A stretch of 64,000 bases of DNA from Flectonema sp. DT1601. Taxonomy: Eukaryota. Made by a program: the position numbers and the translations under genes. A model generated the notes under the pieces. The model did no database searches. It was not told where the DNA came from and was given only the letters and a program-made list of their open reading frames with translations. Positions 34,369 to 44,673 of this stretch are shown in pieces. How positions within the stretch are numbered: the first letter of the stretch is position 1; the number at the start of each line of letters is the position of its first letter. The DNA is taken from NCBI GenBank assembly GCA_964019425.1, contig OZ025789.1, forward strand, positions 372,001 to 436,000. The letters run 5' to 3'.

Positions 34369-36168
34369 ATTCAGCTTGACACTAACCTTTGCCTTCCTTC
34401 GCGTCAGAAAGTTAGCGACCCATCCGATGAATGGTGAAGGAATCCCCATCGCCACCATTTTAGCAATCAGTTTAACATGATTTATCCTATCAAAAGCCTC
34501 AGTGAAGTCGAAAGAGAGCAGTATCGAACTCTTACCACCTTTTCTCGCACCATGAAGCGCATTGACCAGCAGTGAGATTTGCTCGCAAGTATTCCTACCC
34601 CTTCTGAAACCTGCCTGGATGGAGGACAAGGCATTATTTGACGTCAACCAATACATTAGCCTGTCGTAAATTATCCGTTCAAGCATTTTGCCGACTACAG
34701 ATGTCAACGTGATCGGCCTGTAGCTGGATAGCTTTTCTTTGGGTTTACCCGGTTTGTATACCGGTTTAATCATACCCTCTTTCCAAACTTTTGGTACCTT
34801 AGCCGCGAGCCAGGAGTCGTTAAACACCGATAAGAGAAATCTTCTACCGGTTGCGGAAAGGTTCTTGAGCATCGCCCCGTGGATTCCATCAGGACCAGGG
34901 GCCTTTCCCGCCTTTATTTTCTTGATTGCACGCTCAAGCTCAGACATTACTAGAGGTCCACAAACACCCACGTAATCATTCGGCTTCAGCTTAGGAGATT
35001 TCAATCGTTTCCTGACAGAGGTCTTCACGAATTGCTCAAGGAATTTAATAGGGAGTTGGTCCTCACTGAATTCAGGGATTTGAATCTCCTGACCCCCATC
35101 GGCATCCAGGTCTTTAATTTTCTTAAAAGCAAACGCAAATCCTTCACCCTGAGCCAATTTCTCGGCAACGAATTTTCCCTTCGCTTGTTTAGTCTCTGGA
35201 GTCGAAGCATTCCACATTCGCCTCCTCTTACCCTGGATCCTAAGCCGTCTTCGGATGTTTTTCTTCGCCACATGAAGCAGGATACGGTTAAATGTTGCTG
35301 CCCTGATACCCACCTTCGGCATACTGTTCACCTTGCTTAGTCGGTAGTCCAGATCGCATCGGAACGAAAGCCAATCAGCTGTATTGAAGTCCCAGACCGA
35401 CTTTTTCGAGGCTTGGTTGTTCACCGTCTCCAGGAACGTATCAAAGACAGCAGCAAGTGGTAAGTGATCAGATCCATGTTCGGTACCATCACCAATAAGC
35501 CCGAAGTGTAACAATTGTAATTCCTCATGGTGGAGAATAACATCCGGCGAAGTACCGTGTCTCGGCAACGTTGCAAATCTCGGATCGTTTGCTATCAGGA
35601 GGTTATTCGATTGGCTCCAGCCCAGGAGTTGGCATCCCTTCGTGTCCGTTTTCTTCGACCAGAGTTTATGATGAGCGTTGAGGTCTCCAGCTATTATGAA
35701 TCTTTCGTCACTCCTCAGAGGGAATAGATCGAAGTCTATCTTAGAGCTTGGTGGCGAGTATATATTGAGAATATTTACCTCATCATTGATTCTAACACCC
35801 AATGTCTCTACAAATCCTCTTGCCGCCGGGATACTAACTTCATAGCATGCGTGCTGAATACCTCTCTTTACCATAGTGATGATTCCACCACCTCTACCCG
35901 GTCTATCTCTTCTATACGTTATATAGTTCCAGTGGAAGAGAGGTTTTCGTACTGAGGTCTCCTGGAGGCATAATACGTCGGGACAATACTTGCTCAGGAT
36001 GTAGCCAATGAACTCCTCCCTTCCATTAATTGTTCTGCAGTTCCAGCTTATGACTTTCAGCTCCGAGGAGGGTCCATCCTGCCGGCGTCTTGGTCCAGGG
36101 TTCCTTTCAACGTCACCAGCCATCAGTAGTAGACGCCTACGCGTTTCCGCCCAGTCCCGTCCATCATG
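34369..36168 (-). CDS. 2A peptide + APE endonuclease + partial reverse transcriptase
   Basis: LLLMAGDVERNPGP. APE motifs ISWNC, LCLQET, NIYSPP, AGDLNAHH, SPD, GSDHLPL. RT motifs KAPGPDG, YRPITLTS, QAGFR, DFTEAFD. Confidence 0.9.
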
Positions 36169-36891
36169 TCACTTGCTCCCTACAAGTGTCATCAACAGGC
36201 GCTCAAGACGATCTAATCTCTCATCAACTGAATTCTTCTTTTGCTCCTCCTCCTTTGAGGGTTTATTCTTTTCCTTCTTAACCTGTTTCTGCTCGGCCAA
36301 CTGTATCGGTGCCACCGTCGAATGAGTTGCCTTAGTCTTCAGCTCCACTTCCCCCCACAGACGGATTCCCTTCTTCTTACCATGGAAGGCTACGAATTCA
36401 GCACGCGTATACCATTTACCACCCGTGCCCTCCGATGGATCCCTTCGCTTCTCCGGCTTTTGCTCCCTCACCTTCGGGGTTGCCTTCACTGATTTAGCAG
36501 CTTCCTTTTTCCCTATCGATTCAGTGAGACAAAGCACACCATCAATGGTTACTGTTTCACCCTCCCTCACCGGACCACGCACTACCATCCATCTCATACC
36601 GCTTCGGACACCTTCCTTCATCTTCCTCACATTCCATCCTTCCCTCGAGATGAGGTACTTCACCGCGTCATCCGTCGGGGTACCTATAGGGATTCCAGAT
36701 ATCCTGGTCTCCGGTAGTTTGGCCGGTAGGTGGAGCTTCACTCTTGCAGCCTTCTCATGCCAGCAGTTCACCCTGATCCCTAAGCCATGCTCATTAAGAA
36801 CAAGTCCCAGGCCTCCCTCAATCTCCTCCACTTTGTCCCTTGCCACGACCAGCACCAATGGTACCATCTGGATATCACTCACTTTTTTCAC
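36169..36891 (-). CDS. ORF1 of the APE element (unknown function)
   Basis: 240-aa ORF in the same frame as the APE-RT ORF, separated from it by a single TGA. First ATG at 36867. Confidence 0.65.
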   Translation of the reverse strand: MKKVSDIQMVPLVLVVARDKVEEIEGGLGLVLNEHGLGIRVNCWHEKAARVKLHLPAKLPETRISGIPIGTPTDDAVKYLISREGWNVRKMKEGVRSGMRWMVVRGPVREGETVTIDGVLCLTESIGKKEAAKSVKATPKVREQKPEKRRDPSEGTGGKWYTRAEFVAFHGKKKGIRLWGEVELKTKATHSTVAPIQLAEQKQVKKEKNKPSKEEEQKKNSVDERLDRLERLLMTLVGSK

Positions 36892-37045
36892 TAGAATTCA
36901 CACATTTTCACACATTTTCACGGGATTTCACTACCAGAAAACAGCAAAAAATTAAGTGAAAAATCGTGAAAAATCGTGAAAAATCGTGAATTTTCGTGTA
37001 GCAAAGTGAAAAATCGTGAACACCTCCACCCTGCCGATCGCCTCA

Positions 37046-38375
37046 TTAACACCATAGCAAAATCAGCAGGGAGTGTTTGCGATCCCGTTGACATGAGTTC
37101 AGGTGGGGGAGTCTGGAAAGAGATGGAAGAAATAGAAGAGAATGACAAGGAGAGTCCAGTGAGCTCATCCTCATCTAACAAAAAAGAAGGGGTCGGGGAG
37201 GAAGAACCATTGGCAATTAGTAGAATAGAAAGAGCCGATGTGTAACAAGTTTGCCAGATAAAACATTTCTCAAGCCACGATCTTTCAATGGTGAGCTTTT
37301 CGATCGTTTTCAGTTTTGTTACTTTGTGGATTTTGACTTCTTCCACAGGGAAGATTTCTTTACCATCTTTTATAAAACTTGCGGTGGCAGGTTCTTCTTT
37401 AATGCTGCGCATTAGTGGTCTTGAATGCCACGTGGGGAGGTTCCTCGTCTGGAACAGAACATATGAGCACTGTCTGGCGATTCTGGTGCATTCACAAAAT
37501 AAAGCTTTTGTTGGTGCTAAAGGTGAACCGATGTGACGTGTCCAGATGTTCAGCTGGTCCATGCAGATGTTTCCTCGTACGCCAACTTCAATAGTAAAGA
37601 TGTTACAGTCGAAGCCATTAGCGATGATCGAGTCTCTTAGCTTTAGGTATTTCTTTTCCTTTAAGACATGAGAGGTTTCGAAACGATCTTCATTTGGACA
37701 CGTCAGCTCCAGAATCAGTGCTCTTTTCGCAAAAAAAGAATAAATAAAAATGTCTGGTCTTAGAGAGGACGAGACATGGCACACTTCAAGAGGAACAATT
37801 AGGCGGTTATCACCGACATCGTCGAGGATGACCCAATCATTCGCTAGTGAAAGTTCGCCTGTCTCTTTAGAAATTCTTTCTAGGGGTTTATTTTCCCCTG
37901 TTTTTAAAAAAGTTTGAGAGGGAGGCGGGAGGTTTTCTTTTCTTTTGTTGGCTTTTATTATCAACTCTTCCAAGAAGATAACAATGCGTTTTAGAACGCT
38001 GTCGTGACGCCACGTGAACCTCCCTTGTGTTAAAGAGACCAATGTTGTGCGTTGATAGGCAAGGTGACCAACCTTGACATTCTTTCTTTTCTCTCCTGTT
38101 GTGACAAACACAAAATACACACACAGCTTACAGTGTGTTCTTTGTGTATGTTTTCTTCAGGTGTGAGTAGTTTTTTTGTTCTTGCTCTTCAGGGAGGGCC
38201 TTAGCCAAAAGCTAACAGTCCGAATCTCACCTGGTAATTCAACTCAGGACAGCCTGTTAAGACATGCCTGAGGGTAGGATTCACTTTGCCACACAAAACA
38301 CAATTTTGGTCCACATTGGTGATGTTCCACCTCTTTAAATTATCTTGTGAGGGGAGGGTGTTTGTAACCGCTTTC
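37046..38375 (-). mobile_element. RLE copy D fragment (zinc knuckle, RLE, start of extension)
   Basis: Near-identical to 19495-20618. Interrupted at 38040-38245 and at 37045. Confidence 0.9.
38040..38245 (-). mobile_element. 206-bp insertion identical to the first part of the 1356-bp unit (inverted)
   Basis: Reverse complement of 13901-14106, inserted cleanly into aaagagac|aggacagcc (compare 20481-20497). Confidence 0.9.
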
Positions 38376-39379
38376 TATGCAACTTCCGAAAGTTGTCCTT
38401 GATAAATGTTTTCACAACGTTGTGAAAACAGTGTCCCAAACAGAACACCACAAGAACTGGAAGTCCGGAAACTCCCTTCACGTTGTACGTGGCCTTGTCC
38501 ATCACCATGAACCGAAGGTTGGGGTACTTTGCGAGTACCTTCTTAACAACAGAGTTAATTACAAGGCTGTTGCAAGTTTCAGAATTCTCAATTCTGAAAA
38601 AGTCGAACCAGGTGTTGGTCGGTACCTCACGGCAACCGATCATCACCTCCTTGGTTCCAGAACCCCCATCCAGGGCAAATCCATGAGCTGCCCGTGTTCT
38701 CCTTTCGACTTCCTGCTGGTCGCGGCGGTGCACCTCCCGAAGTCTTCGCCCGATGCGAGCGTGTTTTCCGAACCTCGGATCGAACATCTTGCGAATCGCA
38801 GATGCCATCCAGGCTGCCTAACCGTCCGTCATCCCTGCGTAGAACGTTGCGGACGCAAAAACGAGCGACCGGTCAGCCTTCTTGCAAGTAAGAATCGACT
38901 CCCTTCCAGACTGGGTTGCTCTCTTTCCTTGCTTGTGGGACTCTGACTTGCTGTGTTGGACAAGAGATGAGTAGTCGCATCTCTCCCTCACAGAAAAGCA
39001 GCGGGAATCCCATATCACCTCGTCCGTCTTGTTGCAGCCTGCTACTTCTAAGAGGTCCCGCGCACCTTTATCCTGCAGGTCCTTCACCTCACATACGGAA
39101 TACCCATTCGCGATACACCACTCCTTGTTTCTGTCAAAGACTGCCTTCGGTCCTTGCTTGCCGCGCTTTAACACCTGCTTGGTTTCTTCTTCACCCATTT
39201 CTTCCGTGAGTGACTTCGCATCCTTCGCCGTCGTACTCCGGTTCTTACCGCCCGCTGGGCGTCCTCTTTTCTTCGGCTATGTTGTTGGCGCTGCTACTGT
39301 TGGGCCTTCGTGCCTTTCGGGTGTCCTGGGTTGCTCCTCTTCCGTTTTGATCCGCTTCTCCCCAGACTGGATCTCTCAT
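38376..39379 (-). pseudogene. hAT-like transposase relic with AT-hook
   Basis: One frame from the ATG at 39379 with two TAG stops (39277, 38818). Motifs KKRGRP, FALDGG, VMDKATYN and the CxxH motif FCLGHCFHNVVK. Confidence 0.65.
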
Positions 39380-39669
39380 CGTTCATAGTACCTATGAAGT
39401 TATAAAATCAAAGGTAAACTATGAACTACAAATGACTTAGCCTGTTATTATAATGCCACAGGCAGGCCCTGCATTCAGCAACTATCCAGCAGTGCTTGGA
39501 TGTCCTGATCTTCTTCTAAAAAAAGAAAGAAAAACAAAACTGTAGCTGGGATCACTCAGGATCAACAGACTACCAATGCTACCTGTTGTACTTGCTCACT
39601 ATGGGGGGTGATGCCAAACACCCAGAAGTACTTAACTGCTTTCCTTCTTGCTGCCCAGGGGTTTCTGAC
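39366..39669 (+). repeat. Segment homologous to the 1356-bp unit (14137-14443)
   Basis: actggatctctcatcgttcatag...gtttctgac, with a few differences. Confidence 0.9.
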
Positions 39670-39672
39670 GAT

Positions 39673-39900
39673 TTCGAAAAGGTGGGAAGTAACGGACTGG
39701 GAGCTTTTGGTTCCTGCCCTATTCCCGATGTAAACTTTCTTTTTATTTTATTTTTTTAACAGGCCCAAAGGGCGACAATGACAGATGCTGACCGAGGAAT
39801 AATATTCAAATGAATTTTCGTTTCAAAGAAACGAACAGAATTAAGAGAGAGGCAGAAAAAAAAAAGTAATATGAAGAGGAAATAATCAAACATGAAAAAA
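39673..39900 (-). mobile_element. RLE copy F, terminal ~230 bp only (more diverged)
   Basis: ttcga..gtgggaagtaacggactgggagc...aatcaaacatg block. Confidence 0.8.
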
Positions 39901-40489
39901 AAGTAAATAGATAAATAAGAATGACCATCATCGTCCATATTGTGTAATTAAGACTGAATAAATAAATGGATACTAAATTATAATTATAGTGTTAAAGAGA
40001 TTAAACACAAACAACTGACGTCGGGGTAATGTTGCATCTTCGAGAGGTCGGTTACCCAAGACTTTGAAAAACACCGAGGCAAGAGGTGCAACAAGCCAGA
40101 AACAACAGGTACACCAATAGCGAACCTCAAGAAGAAACACCCAGGGTGGGAGGGTGGGAAATTCTTTTGTTTTAGAGAAATAACAAAAAGAGCAAAATTT
40201 GCTAAGGAAAGGAAGTAACATATTAGTTAAAAGTGTACCGATATAATATAACGTCTCAAACACAGCGCTAACCAGTGCAACGAGAGCCTTCCTATACTGT
40301 ATGCACCTGGGAAAGAGAAGTATACTTAATTGAATGAACATGCAGTTAACAAGTCTGAGATCACTTAGAAGAATCTACACTGTGTTTGCGGGCCGTTTCG
40401 ATTCGACGGGACACCGGCACCACCGCCAGGAATCTAAAATTCCATGTAGGTAATTTCACCAACACTGCGTTGAGAGAATAATATAAAAA

Positions 40490-40552
40490 TCGCCGTTGGC
40501 GGGTATCGAACGATATCACCGACGGATACCATATCCTACTTTGCTAATCGGC
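40490..40552 (-). other. Short tRNA-like A/B-box element
   Basis: GCCGAT-TAGCAAAGTAGGATATGGT...GTTCGATACCC...AACGGCGA-TTTTT. No full anticodon arm. Confidence 0.4.
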
Positions 40553-40628
40553 TGTTCTCCTGCCGATTATTTTATTATTGATTGGTTGTTCTTGTTCAAA
40601 TTAGCTCCTTTTCTTTGTCAGAATAAAA

Positions 40629-43600
40629 ATGACGTACAAGGTAGTAATTAATGGCGAACTTGTCAGTACAAAGGAAACATTTGATGTATTAAACCCAGCT
40701 ACTGAGTCAGCGACTGGAAAGGCCCCTCACTGCACTGAAGTGGAATGCGACGCTGCTGTGAAGGCGGCGCAGAAGGCGTTTCCGGGATGGAGGGATACAG
40801 ATATAGCAAAGAGAAAACAATGCCTGGAATCGGCGATGGATGTCTTAAAGAAGAATTCAGATGTAATAGCAACATTGCTATGCCAGGAGCAAGGCAAGCC
40901 AAAAGGTGGTGAAAACGAGCAACGCGCATTCGTCGGGGCATCTGGTGAGATGGCCTTCTGCAATAGCATTGTTAATAGAGCTCTTTCTCTCTCTCCTTCA
41001 GATGATGTTACTTTGGATTCTGAAAATCATAAATGCACGGTTTACCGTAAACCAATTGGCGCAGTGGCTGGTCTGTATTTATTGTTTAATTTTATTTTTA
41101 CGAACAATCCTTAAGCAAATTCTATTATTTTAAAAACTGAATGTTTCAGCAATGGCATCTTTGTACAACAACATAAACAGGTATCCTTCCATGGAACTAC
41201 CCAGTTGCAATGTTCTTTATGAAGTTTGCACCTGCTGTTGTATTGGGGAACACGTTTGTAGCAAAGCCATCTCCGTTTACCCCGTTAGCAACGTTGAAAA
41301 CGTGTGAATTAATCAGGGATTGTTTCCCTCCAGGTGTGTTGAATATTGTGACCTCAGCGGATGCGAAGTTTAGTTGTGGAGCTTTCCTAACATCCCATCC
41401 TGGAATCAGGAAAGTTTCATTTACGGGATCTCTTCCAACTGGAAAGGCAATTATGAAGAGCTGTGCAGATGATGTCAAACGACTTACTCTTGAGTTGGGG
41501 GGCAACGACGCTGCCATTGTCCGCAAGGACTGTGAGGTAAAAAAAGTTGCGGCAGGTGTATTCAAAGGGGCCTTCGCTAACACAGGTCAAGTCTGTGTGG
41601 CTATCAAGCGTTGCTATGTTCACTCGAGTATCCACGATGAGTTCGTGAAGGAAATATCTAGTCTCGCTTCTACAGCTAAGGTATTACATTTTATAGTTTT
41701 GAGTCTTTTGGGCAGTAATTCCTTTTGAACTAATCTGAACTGACGTAAATGTCCGGTAAAGTTAGATTAACACTACGACGAGGTTTCTATTTGGGATTGT
41801 GAATCTAATAGTTTTATAAATCTAAATAAAATCAGGTTGGAGATGGCATGGATCTTACCACCGACTACGGACCGTTGAACAACAAGATGCAATACGATAA
41901 GGTTCTCTCCTTTATTGAAGATGCTAAAAAGGATGGCGGGGTAATAGAGGCTGGTGGTAGAGCGATGGACAGAAAGGGATACTTTATCGAGCCAACTATT
42001 GTGAGTGGACTGAAGGAGGGGGCGAGGTTGGTTGATGACGAACAGTTTGGTCCAGTATTACCGATAATAAAGTTTGAAGATGATGATGATGCCATAACCC
42101 GCGCGAACAGCACAGTATTTGGACTTGGTGGTAGTGTGTGGTCAGCCGACGTTGCGAAAGCCAATGAAATGGCTTCTAGGCTTCAGTCTGGAACAGTTTG
42201 GGTTAACGAACATCTTGGCAACACGAATGGCGCCCCATTTGGAGGCTTCAAGCAATCCGGACTCGGCCGCGAGTGTGGTATGATTTTGCATTATTACCGA
42301 TTGTGTTATCTTTGCCGAAACAGATATTTGTGTAACTTTATTAAGCGAACTTCCAAAACAAAATTCCGACAGGCACTGCTGACCTTGCAGTTTGGACTGA
42401 AACACAGTCAGCAAAACTAGCAAAGAATATATTTGACTTACCATCAGTTACTGATGGAGAAACCCCACGCGCCGTAGAGCCATTAGAAGAACGAGAGTAT
42501 AAGATGTTGATTGGAGGGGAGTTAATTTCGGGTAAAGACACATTTGCAGTTGTAAACCCTGCCACTGGTGAACCGTTTGCGAATGCACCTCATTGCAATG
42601 AAGAAGACTGTAATAGGGCTATTTCAGCTGCGGAACAAGCATTTCCAAAGTGGGAAGCAACACCCATTGGTGAACGCCAAAAATGTCTTCAGGAAGCATT
42701 AGATATTTTAATTAAACACAAAGCTGAACTTGCTCTGCTTCTTTGTAAAGAACAGGGAAAGCCTGTAGGAGGTGAGACAAAGTCCAGAGAGGTTGTTGGT
42801 GCTCACGGAGAATGGGCCTTTACGTTCCCAATTATAAAGAAGTCTATTGATATGACGGAAACAACTGATTCCACCCTCGATGACGAAACCAGCACAGTGA
42901 CAATCAAACGTAAACCTGTCGGAGTAGCTGTGGGAATCCTGCCTTGGAATTTTCCCGTAGCGATGTTCTTTCAGAAATTCTCACCAGCTGTCGTGCTGGG
43001 CAACACCTTTGTAGCGAAGCCTTCTCCGTTTACTCCCTTGACAACGCTGAGAATCTGTGAGTTAATTAAAGATTGTTTTCCACCTGGTGTATTGAATGTC
43101 GTGTCTTCAGACGATACAAAATTCAGAAGTGGTGCTTTCCTCACGAGCCACCCTTCCGTACGAAAGGTTTCGTTTACCGGATCGGTACCTACTGGAAAAG
43201 CAATTATGAAGGTCTGCGCGGAGGATATCAAACGTGTCACTCTTGAGATGGGAGGCAACGACGCTGCCATCATTAGAAAGGATTGCGATGTTAAGAAAAT
43301 AGCATCTGGTGTTTTCAAAGGTGCCTTTAGAAACACAGGACAAGTCTGCATTGCCGTAAAACGAGTTTATTGTCACGCTGATATTTATGAGCCATTTGTT
43401 AGAGAGATCGCTGAGTGCGCTAAGAACGCAAAGGTATGTGTTTAAGTTTCGTGAGAGTCATTAGGAGAGGGGAACCCTACCTATCTTAAGCATCAATCTG
43501 TGATGTCGGAATCATTAATTACCGCAGTTTTGGGATCTTTTACAGGCTTTTTGTTTTCACCTAAACCAATCAGGTTGGAGATGGCATGGACCCTACAACC

Positions 43601-44086
43601 GACTACGGACCGTTGAACAACAAGATGCAATACGATAAGGTTCTCTCCTTTATTGAAGATGCTAAAAAGGATGGCGGGGTAATTGAGGCTGGTGGTAGAG
43701 CGATGGACAGAAAGGGATACTTTATCGAGCCAACTATTGTGAGTGGGCTGAAGGAGGGGGCGAGGTTGGTTGATGACGAACAGTTTGGTCCAGTATTACC
43801 GATAATAAAGTTTGAAGATGATGATGATGCCGTATTCCGCGCCAACAATACGACCTTTGGACTTGGTGGTAGTGTGTGGTCAGCTGACGTTGCGAAAGCC
43901 AATGAAATGGCTGAGAAGCTTGAAGCTGGTAGTGTTTGGGTTAACGAACACGGAGGCCTCGTAGCTGGCGCACCGTTTGGAGGCTTCAAGCATTCAGGCC
44001 TCGGACGAGAACGGGGTTCAGCTGACAAGGAAACCTGGACTGAGATTCAGACTCTTAAAACTGCAAAGTCTGCAACAGTCGCTTAA
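40629..44086 (+). CDS. Tandem double aldehyde dehydrogenase, one 985-aa polypeptide; exons 40629-41070, 41181-41680, 41836-42277, 42373-43433, 43574-44086
   Basis: Four GT-AG introns restore a single frame of 2958 nt. Each half has PWN, KPSP, SFTGS, LE(L/M)GGND, the catalytic GQVC, EQFGP and PFGGFK motifs. Confidence 0.88.
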
Positions 44087-44673
44087 ATTAACATCACCGT
44101 GAGTAAATTTATATTGTATGTATGACAAGATTCAAAAAGAATCTCATCGCTTAAAATAAACATTACTGTGAGTAAATTGATATATTGTATGTATGACAAG
44201 GTTCAAAAAGAATCTCTTCATCTGTACCCAATGTGCCCATTGAATTAAAGATACACCCTCAATATCTCTTTATTAACGACTCCCAAATGAGTTAAATTAT
44301 GTATGAATTTCTTCAGAAATTATTGCCTTTGGCCGAAGCTAAGTTAACTACCAACGTCACTATCTTGACAGAGGTACTCTTTATGTAGTCGTGGCATCCT
44401 TTGAACTAACTTTGAACACCTCGTATGTCGAGTGGAGTAACATGTTTGTGAGTTTGCAACACTGACAGGTGTTGTGCAACACTTATAAGAGCAGCATCGA
44501 GGACAGACGACAGATGTCTTACAAATACGTTAGTTAGTTTTCTCGTTATCTTTTTTTTCTTTTTTTTTCTTCAGTAAGAAAATGGCAGCCCCGTGTGGTT
44601 TTGTATTTTGTTTTCTTATCCAGCTGATTGACACGAGCTGTCTCAAAACATTCTTTCTTCTCTCAGCCGTAAG

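Larger units (their letters stand above)
34369..37045 (-). mobile_element. APE-type non-LTR retrotransposon (ingi/L1Tc-like), 3' part cut off by RLE copy C
   Basis: 5' region has TTCACGATTT repeats, followed by ORF1, a 2A motif, APE and RT domains. Confidence 0.85.

Noticed and set aside
36918..38120. 400-aa ORF as a standalone endonuclease gene
   Set aside because: Chance chimera of the 206-bp insert, the RLE-D fragment and the APE-element 5' UTR.
38818..39279. Stop-codon reassignment (in-frame TAGs in hAT, TTA-like anticodon in the tRNA-like element)
   Set aside because: Host genes end in TAA, TAG and TGA and have no internal stops. The TAGs fit C->T decay and the tRNA-like stems are broken.
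44080..44220. ~70-bp tandem duplication after the ALDH stop
   Set aside because: Real but an ordinary local duplication with no evident function.
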